Origin: Lingula anatina
Taxonomy: Eukaryota > Animalia > Brachiopoda
NCBI GenBank assembly: GCA_051362555.1
Contig: CM120649.1
Location: forward strand, 682,001-746,000
Length of the DNA stretch: 64,000 nucleotides
Reading direction: 5' to 3'
Made by a program: the position numbers and the translations under genes. Numbering within the stretch: the stretch's first letter is position 1; the number at the start of each line of letters is the position of its first letter. This document shows positions 1 to 12,726 of the stretch, in pieces. The notes under the pieces are model-generated. The model searched no databases, had not been told where the DNA came from, and saw only the letters and a program-made list of their open reading frames with translations.

Positions 1-207
1 ACGCCTGTCATGACCCACAGTACATGTAGTACGTCGGGGATAAAAATGTTCACAACGAAATGTTTGCCTGCCACGAAATGGTGACAAAACTGTCATAGTC
101 TTCCATTCTCCCTTTGCCGGAAAACCATCATCAATCAATCAATGTCTCACATCATCTGTCAGATTGCAGTGCAAGTGTATTTCTGAATATCAACTTAATC
201 ATTGTCT

Positions 208-3200
208 TTACATGACAGATGTACGTGTAATAAACACAATTATTACAACCTGCCAAAGAAATCTGCATCCCGAGGCGGAAGATGCCGGCGGAGCAACGTC
301 TTCTTTGCCAGGGGACACGGTAGAATCGAACGACACAGAAGTGCTTTTCTTCAAGATGCTCACGTTAAAAATGATACCGCTATTATTTACTCGAGGGTAT
401 GAATGGCGAAGAAAAGCCTCGATTTCATCATTTAAATCCTGGAACAATCGTTTGGCGTCGCTGATGTGTTTAACTTGTCTTTGCAGTCGTAGCGCTGCAG
501 TATTGGTGACGAAAGCCTTCTCGTGGTCTGGGAGGGTGCATTTACTTTTCACGTGATCAATCGTCCAAGCGCCGTAAGGAGAAAAATGAGAAATATCTTT
601 CTCAAAAAAAAGCCACTCATACATAATGCAAAGAGACGAATATCTGGAAAGGTGCACCATTTGTCGGTTGGGAACGAATTTGAAAGTTAGAGGGAACGGG
701 ATATTTCGTATATCTTGAATGGGAGGCAAGCAGAACGATTGTTCTTCGGAGCATCCAGCGACTCGTTTACATTTGTTCTGAAAAGAATGTGAAATATTTA
801 ATAGAAGTAAAATGTCTAGCGCGATTATCGTGTAGAAGTATGCCGAAATACACTCTGATAATTGCTCTTTTCAGTTCAAACAATTTTGAAAACAAAAATT
901 ATGTATTTATAAATAATTTAAAGATATGGTATACTTAAGGTAAACAGAACTGAAAAAGTGCTCTTCTTGTTAATTTCTTGAAATCAATGGCTTGAGTTTT
1001 AGTGCCAAACGCGGCTTGCCCATTCTATTTTAAATACCAATTCTGACCTCCGGTGGCGCTGGATTAAAATGCCCCGTGCCTATGAACTTCTTACAGACCC
1101 TTCTTAGACACCACAAAAACACATAAATAACCTAATTACTTAATAAATAACCAATCTAATAAGGATCCTATACCATACAGGCCAATGTGGTCGGAGTCCC
1201 ATAAGACATGCACAGTTCACAGTACGTGTAGTTTCTGGTTGCCAGTTTCGATTTTGAAAAAAAAAAATGGAAACTAGGCACTAAATTTCGATTTCACACA
1301 TGCAATAAGTGTGAGACGGATGTTTTAAGCCCGCTAGGAAAAAAATCATTAATGCTTACGTCATCCTCGTTGTCCTTGCAACGTGATTCCCTTTGAAAGT
1401 CTATCAATGCGGAAAAAATATACGGTTCAAACACTCTCTTCCTCTTGTCATCTGAAAAAAAAAGATTATCCATTTAATTTTAAGCCAAGGTTACATTTGC
1501 CATGCGATGGCCGTACGGTGCACACATACAACCCGTTGGCGTCTGAGCAGAGGCAGACGGTAGCCGTCCGAAATAGTACGGAATAAGGGCCCCTGTTGCC
1601 TCTAGGGTTTTGTCAAGCTAAAAAGATTTAACAAATTCCGAAAGCCGTAAGCTCGTATGCAGTTCCTGCAGGGGCATTGTTTAATGGAGTTGCGTTCGTT
1701 ATGATGTTGCTTGTACCTGGACCATTCGTTCCCTCTGACGGTTTAAGGAGGCATAGATATGTTAAAATATGTTTAAATATGCATAAAATCGTAGTATATT
1801 TCTCTTACACGAATTTATTTTTCTGCCTTTCATAATTCTGACCACATGAGTGCTAAAATCGTAGAATCAACTCCGACAACGTATCGATCCTCAAAGAAGA
1901 AAAGCCTCACGGAAGGCGTACGGCAACTATGCTGAGACTGTAGGATATTTATTCAACCGACAAATCAAATTTTCCTTACATGACTTCAAGTTAGCACAAT
2001 GGCACAGCACCCGAACACTATGCAAACATACTCGCCGTAGCCCGTAGCCATTTACGATGTCATAAAATGGAATGGAAAATCATATACGATTTCATTTATG
2101 GCAATATAAACGACTCCTTCGCGCGGCGCCTATGGCAAATGTAATATATATGCGTTTATGATAAATGTATTACAATGCAGACTTAAACAGTTCACAAAAG
2201 GTGAATTTTTAAATGTCCATAGAAACTGTGTGTGCAATCATTAAGAAAAAGCTTCTAATGTTTCTCGGTTCTGTCTGATAGAGCAGATATTTCATTATTG
2301 AGGATGCTGGCATGTATAAATTGAAATAGCTGGGCAACGGGTTGAAATTATAATGAAAATAAGACGAAAAAGAAGAAGATGATGAAAAAGAATTTCATAA
2401 TTTTAGAGAGAATTTGAAGAACATTTTTCAGCTACACCAAACGATAAAGATCAACGTTGTAACATTTTATGACAACCATACGGGGACATTTTTAAACGTT
2501 AAAAGGAACAAGTGGACAAACATTCTACAATTAATCGATAACAAAACGCGCCTTGAACTAGCTAAGACGGCAAACAATATGGATTTTACTCCACACTAAA
2601 ATAACTCACCGAAACCATCACATTCTCGGATACTTATGGAAAAGTCCGCGGGCAGACGACAAAGCCAGCAGAATATGTTCCGACCAAACGAGTGACCCCG
2701 AATTCCCTTATAGTATGTCAACGAGAAAGGCCCAAACATGCAAAGTTTTTCTAATTCGGGGTCAACGTCGTTCAGACACACCCCGTCATTGGAACCCTCG
2801 TCGGGACTGTGACTTCCCCCAGGTCCGATACAAGGGCGTCCGGGGTAGTAGTCGGGGGTATCAAAGAATATCAAGCAATCGTCTATCATAAAAACCTTCT
2901 TCAAAATCTCAGCAACGGTCCAAAGGCTTTGAAAATGAGTCTCAACTTCTGCATTGTCACACGCAATCATGGGCTTCCACGCTTTGTGTGACAAAACATT
3001 GTGACAGGTAGCGCAGAAAATGTTTTTGAATGTGACGTTTGCCTCCGTTGATGAGACAGGCAGCATGATATCGATGTCGTCAGACCAGCCTTTGAACTCA
3101 CATTTTTGGCGGACATTTTCATCATGCCAATGACTTGGACATGAGGAGACGATCCAAAAGTACTTACTGCCAACGCCCCATATCTGCCTGGTGCCTTGTA

Positions 3201-3768
3201 ACCAGCATTCTGTGTCATTGCTGCTTATCTCAATCCCCGTGACTTTTGTCTCCCTGTAGTGGTTGTCGTACGGCCAACAGCAGTCGCCAAACACGTCACA
3301 CAGATCGTCACAGAAGCAGGTTACCAGAACCGCGTCGTTAATCCACATGCCGTTTCCTATGACACAGATCGGGTTGTTCACTGTGACGTTGAATGGAATC
3401 AAACCTCTGGTTGGATCTGCTGTTGAATTGGCTTCATCGTTGGTCCACATTATCGCGACGGAATGGTGGGAATGGTCCGCCAACTCAGAAGCGTTTTGAC
3501 GTGCACTCATGTCTCTTGGGTTTAAGTTGGGCACTTCTGCTGTGAAGCTGGAGAGACCAGAACCTTCATTCTTCACCATTTTCGCCGTCACTTGTTCCCC
3601 CTCCACAGACTGTTTACCGCCGAAACTGACGTTTCTCATGAAAAATGGCGTTGCAGCATTACTCCAAGTTGAGAAATGACTCGAGTTTTCCAAGGATTGA
3701 GCATCACCGGTCTGCGCCTGTCCTAGACTGACGAGGACAAATAATGCCAGCATTAGGATCGCCTTCAT
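208..3768 (-). CDS. Secreted somatomedin-B (SMB)-like Cys-rich protein, probably GPI-anchored (~595 aa, 4 exons)
   Basis: Signal peptide MKAILMLALFVLVSLGQA (ATG 3768; alternative ATG 3777). SMB-like motif CFCDDLCDVFGDCC, then SSCP..W, FKNIFCATCH and NIFCWLC Cys modules. Exons 3768-2610, 1734-1717, 1400-1360 and 777-208 are all GT-AG with compatible phases (1,1,0). Ends in small residues plus a hydrophobic tail (ASSASGCRFLWQVVIIVFITRTSVM). Confidence 0.75.
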
Positions 3769-6700
3769 GTCGTGCATTGGCTCCAATTATTCTGAACATC
3801 AGATAGCGGTGCTTTGTAAGGTTTATATACTAATAGCTAAGGACGCGCCTTTTGTTTCTTTATTCCTCATGAAGAGTTGCCTGAAGAGTTGCCTATCATT
3901 TTTGGATTGGCAGATGGTAGCCAATGAAAATGAGAGAAATATCACTAATAGCATTGTCCTAATCAACCATTGGTCTTGGGCAAGAAGACGTCTTCGATAT
4001 GGTTTTACGTATGACGCCTTCGTAAGACGCTTGACGTTTTACAAAATTGCTTGCATTTTGAAGATGTTTTCCGAGCCTCTTTGTACTGAGACCACGCCTT
4101 GCCGATACCAAAGCATTCTCCAGACATTTTGTAATGCTCATCAACGCTTCTGAAGAACGTTAAAGTTTCGATTTGGTCGGTGAATAATTGGTTTGTATCA
4201 ACAATGCGCGGTCATATTTTCTTTTGCTATAAGGAGTACATTTCAACTTTCGAAAGTATCTATTGCACTCAGGTGTTTCTTTGTAGAAATAGTTGAAGGC
4301 TAATTAATTTATACCTACCTGAACACAAATTCTGACACAATTATTGAAACGTATGGGCCTAATGTTTTTCCTAAATGTTTTACATTATCTATACATTGCA
4401 CAAACAATAAAAACCCTATGATAACGTTTTTACTAAACACTACGTGTACGCTAAACAACCGAGTGGCATTCTATACTGGTGGCATGGAATGTTTCGAGGT
4501 CGCTCTGAACTAGTGAAAAGATCTGTGAGTTTGAAGTTATCGAAATACCCATCATTTCTTGGACTCGCGTTTTAAGGAATGGTTAAGCGTAGGACATTAT
4601 GGTACGCCTCACTTTGCACTTTCACTACGATGTAATTCTATCGTTTTTTGACGAACGCGATGACCGCATGTAATCGCGTTCATGATGTCCCTTATATCTG
4701 CTTCCAACGCACACATGCACGGCTTAAAGAATCTATGAAAACATTCGACGTCTTTGAATCGTGCTAATAACGCTTAATTTATTTCTCAGGACGAGATTGA
4801 AACTATGATACCCTTTACGGATATCGTACCGACCACACGTCAAAGTATACTCTTTGTTCTGCGGCAAGCATTAATCTACATCTTTATCTTCGATGCGAGG
4901 GTCTTGCCTTCCATCACATGCTTTTTTTCAAAAAGCAAATTCGGAATTGGATACTCGGGTATTATTCCGTCCACAAGTTACATACCTTCCTTTGTTGCGC
5001 AGCGTAGACATTTTAAATTTGCGGAAGAAAAAGACAATGGAACAAGAATGGATAACTGTGGGTGGAAAAAAAAGAAAATGGAATAAGAAAAAAATAACTA
5101 TGGAAGGAAAAAGACAATGGTACAAGAAAAAGATGATGGCATAGCATGACCCAAGACCTCTTCAAAAACTAGGAAAAAGATAAACATAGGAATTAAAAGG
5201 AAAAAAATAAACAGGAATTAAAAGAAAAAAAGAAACGAAGAAGGTATGTGTGAAAAGCTACTCTAAGAGAGGAGATCGTGAGATGAAATGAGGTTATAAT
5301 TAAGTGCACCCTTGAATAATCTCGGCAGCAACTCTCGTGAAATTTGCTGGGTCTTTGAATAAAACTAATTATATAATTGTATTGAGTGTATTGGTATTGG
5401 TATTGGCATTGTATTTTGATTATTATGAGGGTGTATAAAGCGTAGTTTATCAAATATGGTGGGCATTGGGCGCAATTCTGCATTCGAGTTGTAAGCATCT
5501 GATGAGTGAACTGACTAAAGCTACTTGTTTTTTCATAAATGAAAATTATCAAACATAAGCAAAAAATACCTTCATACCGTTGGCTTATGGCCAACCTGGA
5601 CGTAGGCCTTCATCAGACTGAAGTGAGCAGATGTTTCTACTCACTGACCGGTAGGTGGCATAGCTAAGCAAACGGTATGAAAGTGATTCGGGGAGGAAAG
5701 GCACTGATAGCCACCTGTTTAGTGGTACAGTGCAATTACTAATAGTTTAATATGTTGTTTCCTATGTATTTGTGAAATTTGAATATCCTATGAGGAGTCC
5801 GTTGTCATTGCTTTGACATTCAACAAGTGACGTGGACGCTAGTCTAGCTGTCGTGATAACGTGATGATGAAAATTTACACTTGCACAACTTGAGAAAATT
5901 GTATGAAGTATAAGTTAGTAAACTTGTGTCAACGTTTAGATTCATACATTTTCAATCTTAAGTACCGCTAAAGTTCGCGGCAGGACTGCTATTTTAGCAC
6001 GGTGTCCGATATTTGCGAATTTTGTGAGACTATATTTTGTCTGTTGGTAAAAGCTCAATATATAAACAATCTATATATTTTCTATTGTGTTTTCTAATGG
6101 TTTGGGGTTTTGCACACATTGTCACCTGCAAATACACTCTTGCTAAAATGATGGAATGCTGTAATTCTATACTGGCTACGACAAAATGTAATTTACAACC
6201 AGTTTTTTAGTGCTTTATTATAATTCCAAACTCTGCATTTCGGTAACAATATATTTATTGTGTTTTTTCGTTTGGGTTCATCCTTGTGATCAATTACAAA
6301 TTTAGTAAATTGTTGACAATTTATAGAGAAGAGCAAACGTCATATTCAAGAAAGCAGGAATAAGAGTAAAAAAGCAGAATCACCCAAAGCCAATTCCTTG
6401 CTATTAAGAATAAATCATTTAACTGTCTCGGGTATTTGCCACATACACGAATGAGGTCCAAAATTCTTCGTGATACTGATCTGACCAGTTTCTGGAGTGT
6501 GATGGTTCAGATAAAGCCACCCCTCGACAAAAACACCTGCCTCAGCTCGTCCCATGCAGTTGTCTGGACCTCTCTCCCCCTTACAGCACACAGTCTACAG
6601 CATCCTAACAGTCCTCAATGTGATGTTAACCAAGAGAAAACAGTCTAGTCCTTTTGCATAATTTTCAGGTCAATAAAGAATTGTTGTCTTCTGCGAGCAC

Positions 6701-7182
6701 ATTGAGATGACGCTTTGTATGACCAAAACTAGCTCTAGCAATTTGCACTATTTTTGTCACCAGAACTTGCATGACGGATATTCGCACAGCTGTTTTTCCA
6801 CCCGTTTCAAAAAGCAACAAAGCTACAACAACATGAACATGTGCAGTCATCCAAGCTGTCAGTTGACTCATGGGTTTATGGACAGGAATGCACAGGGAGT
6901 GAATTATACGCGCGAAATATTTAGCATAAATAATTTTGACCACGTCCTCAGTTCTTTGCCAGCGTTACAGATGTATGGTCATTGAGATCACTGTATCTGC
7001 TTGCATTTTATGAATTTAGACTTTCAGTTGGCTGCGCATTAATTCTTCACCATTAGGCACCATTAAAAGCTAGCTAACATGCATTTTCACCATTCTTTTT
7101 AAGTCATATAATGACCATCAATAAAAACGCTCATTTAGATACATTAAAATTTAGAAACAGGAAAACATGGCCTTTAATACGT

Positions 7183-10100
7183 TTAGACAGTAAATGTTGA
7201 AACCAGAACTGTGACAAGCGCCACAAAAACAATCAGAGAATCAGTAGCTGATACACCACACGCAGAACTGGAATAACCCCAACGAGGGCAGCTGGTCGTG
7301 TTTGCACCTGTGTCGCCATCTTCTTCTTTCTGGTCTCCACATTTTGGAAAGTTCTTTGGTTTTGGCGGGAACTGTTCGGGTTCGCCTACTTGGAAGACCA
7401 ACCCCATGCCGATCTCCACATGGTATTCTATGTGGCAGTGCATGAACCAAATACCTAAATGCAAAGTAAATAGATAATAAAAAGTTCTTTGGTTTTGGCG
7501 GGAACTGTTCAGGTTCGCCTACTTGGAAGACCAACCCCATGCCGATCTCCACGTGGTATTCTATGTGGCAGTGCATGAACCAAACACCTAAATGCATATT
7601 AAATAGATAATGAAAAAGAGGACATATGTAGTATCTGAATTTTCGAGGAAAGGTCAGTTTGACATCTGACAGATGAGAGAATACATAGGCATGAAAAACC
7701 GTCATACTGTACTATGTGTGGATGTATTCTTATTTACATTTCATCAACGTGCACGTGTGTAAGTATGTGTGTGTGTGTGTCTGTGTGTGTGTGTGTGTGT
7801 GTAATACGCGAGGACCGGTATGTGAACGTATTCGCGTGTGTTTGAATAGGCGTTACAGGTATCACTTCAGAACGTCATTATAATATAATGTTATTGACTG
7901 CGTGTTTGTCTCTACAGATAAGTCTAATAGAACACATTCACCGAAGTTTCATGATTTGTTCATCTAATACACAGTAACTGCTATATATCACTATTATGAT
8001 TATAACAAATATGTTAATATAAAGTATCATTATTATAATGTGTCCACGCATGAGAACGCTTTCATAAGTTTGTATGCATATGTGTAAGTCCCCTCACCGG
8101 GATTATCGGCGACGAATCGAATAACCGTAAAACCCCCATCCGGTACTGTGACCGTGTCCTTTCTGATGGCATCCGTCAATTTGCGTGGAATTTGACCTTT
8201 CCTGTCCATTTCCTTCACTTTGTCCAAGGTAATGGACTCGTTGATCTAAAACGAAGGAATATCTGTCAGAATTTGAACAGGTTTCGCATATAACAATCTT
8301 ACACCTATTACAATAAAAAAGAGAAAAAGGAACAAGAGGGAAGAAAAGAAAAAAGATGCATATTTGCATCTGGTGTATCAAGTATGTAGCCTAGAGAGTT
8401 GGACTTAGGTAGAGGTGGTTTTTAATGATATTCACTCCTTTTTATCCTCAGCAATACGATGTTATATTTTGAAATTTAATTCGGTTTACATCTAAGACAA
8501 CATGTAAGAAAAATTTGCATGATTATTATCAGTTTCACATTAAAATTCCCAAAAATCCGCAGCTTATCTTAATGTTGACTCGATGTTTCTTCAAGAACCT
8601 CCAACCGCCACCGCCACCACCACCAAAAATCTCATAACCTTTCTACAACAATCCCGTCGAACGTTTTTATTATGAATAAAGAGTGGGAATCTCCTATCTT
8701 TTCTGTTATACCTGATCCCATATTCAGCTAACTTTGTGCACTCACCTTCTGTAAGGCAACCACCCAGAATGCATGGCCGTGGAGATGTATGGGATGGTTA
8801 GCATTGAAGGCAAAGCCTTCGTCTACCAGCACCAGTTCCACCACGTCTCCAAGCTTCACTTTCAGGAGGTAGATGCATTCACAGAACCTCGTAGTGCAGT
8901 CTGTGTGAGTGGTATGATTGCATACCCGTTCCTGAAAGAATGGAATCAATTACAAATAAGATAATGAAATAATACTGGACCTTACGTTAATCGAAGGTCC
9001 CGATGTTTCCATCTTATCTTAGTAGAATGTCAATGGATGAATCAAAACTTTCACTTTGATACCAATACAATGTTAGCAATGGTTTTGCACCAAACACGCT
9101 GCTCTGATTTTCAATTAAGACAAGCGTTTAGTAATTATATAGTATTGATGAAAGAACGTTCAATATTTCAATATTCTTTGAGACCATGTTGTTGTCACGT
9201 TAACGCCTCCTTACCATGGGGATATCATCCAACTGGCTGAGAGGAGGAGCTGGTGGCACTTCTATTGATATGTGATTAAACTGTGGTGTATACAAATGCT
9301 TATTATATTCAATGGCAGACACTGGGTAGTAGGTAGGGTCGTGGAAATAAAGATTGTCGATTTTGTTGAAATCCATTCCAATGTAAAATTTGACGTCGGC
9401 GTTAGGTTTTGAAATGGCGGCATTGTTAGGGTCAGTGTTGACGAGGTCTACAACTGGGACGTTCATGTCGTCCTTTTTCCGGTTCCACGGATTGAGAAGC
9501 TATTAGAAAAAATAAAAATAAGACGTGTTTTAAGCAACGTGGCCTAGAGATTTAAGATAAGCTGTTCAATCTCGGATGGATCAATTTATTTCTAAACGTA
9601 TTATATCTAATAAAACCTAAAGCTGAATTTTGCTATAGGGCCTATGTGTGCTGACTCCTACTGTTACATATAGCAAAAGAAAATTCCCCAAACCTTTCCT
9701 GTTCGAATAGACGCATTGTATCCCTTTTCTTCTAATGGCTCATCTTCTGCTGAACCTCTATACCTCAAAATAGCTAACTGGTGTGCCCCCTTGAAGCTGC
9801 TGTCACAGTCCGCGAGTCCGGCAGCTCGTATCCAATAGTTACCAACTGCCTGCCTGGCATTCAGGACGAAGTCGAAGCGTTCCCCGGCAAATATGATGAA
9901 GGTTTCGACCTCGATGGGCTCAAAGGGTCGACCGTCCGAGGTGATCATGGTGAAGTTATGGTCATCCACCGAGATCTTGGAGAAAAAACTTGATACGATA
10001 TAACATATATATGGCGCTTTTATCTTAGAACAGTTACGTTTGAATGCACTTAAACAAGTTATGCAGTTAAATATGTTATCGAACCAATATGATAATTTAT

Positions 10101-11283
10101 TTAGCTTTTAATGTTACATATTAAAAATGTTGACTACCTATGTCACTTCTATACGCAACAAGAACATAAATAGGTGAATAAAGTAAACAAAGTATGCAAT
10201 TACAGTATTTAGATCTACACGCTAACTCTTGTGAGAAGATTTACATAGATCCTATACCATGGGATTTCATTTAGAAAGGGAGCAGTTTAAACATAGACAA
10301 AAGTATTAGTGGATGACTAGATGTGCCGGTGGTTAAGGGTTAATCCAGAGGAATCACGGTGATCACGCTTGTGGTACTAAATTAGTGTGCGCTCACCTGA
10401 ATTGGACAATTTAGAATCCCGTTACTAGCTACACGAAACCTGTACCTCCTGCCCTTATCTACATTGAAAACAGCATACGGCGTAAACGTTTCGTTGGTTG
10501 TTTTATTTCCATATAATTGATACGCTCCTTTGCCTACAAAAATTGATACCATATCTAATTGTTAGACTATAAGTGCATTTTGTTGATCAGTGTTAAAACA
10601 CGGAACATAGTTTACCCCAAATGTTTTTTTACAATATTGGAAAGGGCAGTTTATGAGTATGGAGAGGGTCTTGAAACTTGATTCTGTCAGATGGATAAGA
10701 TTGAATCATTACATCACTTATATACCAGTAAAGTTTGAAATAATTTCATTAATCAAGTTTATAGAGAACATAAACAAATTGGGATATTTAGACAATACGG
10801 GTGTTTGGAACATCAGGCATTATTTCATTTACCATTGATAAGAATAGACTGCGGCTTATTATCTCCGTCCCTGTGATGATGTGCAACAAATCTGCTCACT
10901 GTCAAATCCCCCAACCAATCAGTCACCAGGATGGTGTGTTCTGTGAGGTCCTCGTCATATAACGCGCTGTGTGGGTCTATTGTTCGCGGCAGACGGACGA
11001 CCAGAGGCCCAAAAACGCCGTCTGCTCGCTGAACACCCGAATGAGCATGCCAGAAATGAGTTCCTTTGTTGCCAGCTTTGAATCTGTATCAAAGGAAAAT
11101 ACGGTGTTTCAAAAATGCAAGAGATATACCGGGGTAGGTTTAAAAAGCAAATATATGCCTTCAATATTTTGAATGGATGCGTGACTTCTTGATAAAACAT
11201 ATGAATCACTCGAAGTGAGAGAGAGATAGAGAGAGAGAGGAGGGGGAGTGAGAGAAAAAGAGAGAAAAAGAGAGAGTGATAGT

Positions 11284-11329
<46 letters not shown>

Positions 11330-11379
11330 GAGGGGGGGATGAGAGAAAAAGAAAGAGAGTGTGTGTGTGTGTGTGTGTA

Positions 11380-11411
<32 letters not shown>

Positions 11412-12671
11412 GCCATGTGTATAAATAGATTTTCTAGTCACCAACCTGTAGGTAAACTTGCTGTGGGACGGAATTGGACACTGTGTCACCATGGATACAC
11501 CGTCCATGTAGGGAGTACCTGTCTGGAATACGCCATGCCAGTGTACGGTGATACCGTCTGATGAAAACAGCTTGTTGCGGACGGTGACTTCTACGGTGTC
11601 GTTTAAGCATACCTGGAAACAAATATTTGAAAAAAGCACATTGGTCGCATTCAGAATAGGGGACTAACTTCTCCGAGGGTCAAATATGGCCGACCCACTT
11701 GAATACTTCCCCACGGGGAATCTGTTCAGTGTCTATGAGCGAATTAGACGGCAATCTTTTTAGTGGGACGCCATATTTGACCCTCGGACTAGTTAGTCCC
11801 CTATTCTGAATGGGGCCATAGAGCACACATGTCTGGGCATAAATCTTACCATCTGAAATATAAAACTGGAGTGAGGGATGTTTTTGACCTTGTTATACAA
11901 TCTGGAGGTGCGTGACCAGAAAAATCAACAAGGGCTTCAACATCTATTAATCGAGTTCCGTTATGCACCAGATATACCTGAGGTATGATTACTGATGATC
12001 ATGGTGCAAATACGTGTCTATCTACTATATAGCACCACGCATCCTAATGTTTCTGTGTTATGAAACGTTACATGACAAGGTAGCCAGTAGGTGTTTAACA
12101 CCAAAGAACGCTTTTCTTAGCGATACACGACACACTCTAGTATTAACTTGGTAGTTGTCCTAATGATCAACTGTGCACTTCCTCCCCCCCCCCCCGGGCG
12201 TCGTAGGTCACGTGATTCCATGAATAAGTTTCCCAGTCCGAAAAGGCCTGTTAAATCTACAACCCCAGACGTCTAACGTGCGTGATTGTTAGCACAGTAC
12301 TGACTTTGACATTGATGGGCCATTTCTTATCGAATTTCGAGATATGAACCTGGCCATTGACCTTGCGATCAATCCCATCTAAGAACAAATATAAGGAAAT
12401 GGAGTCCCAAATCCATAGGCAAATATGTCTAGAATTGACGAGCAGTTTGCTCTGTTTGGCAAATAAGCAAACGGATTTAGATTCGAGTAGTCATGGATAA
12501 TTTGGTTCCTATTTCGAGCTAATGTTAGTATTCGTTTCGAGGATATAGAAGTCAATTTCTTTGCAATGTGAGGTCGTTGTAAATATTGAACTTAGATGTG
12601 ACGAAGAATAATATTCACCATCAGTTCAAATCATATTCATATGCCAGCTATACTGGACCCCGTACCTCAGG

Positions 12672-12726
<55 letters not shown>

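Noticed and set aside
5497-5530. Plus-strand CTGATGAGT...ACTAAA hammerhead-like core
   Set aside because: GAAA is absent and stems I and III cannot be formed.
10955-11416. ORFs rich in HTHT, SLSL, ERER, YYYY or IIII (also near 12586, 19330, 48000, 55131, 56740 and 63015)
   Set aside because: They are translations of microsatellites.
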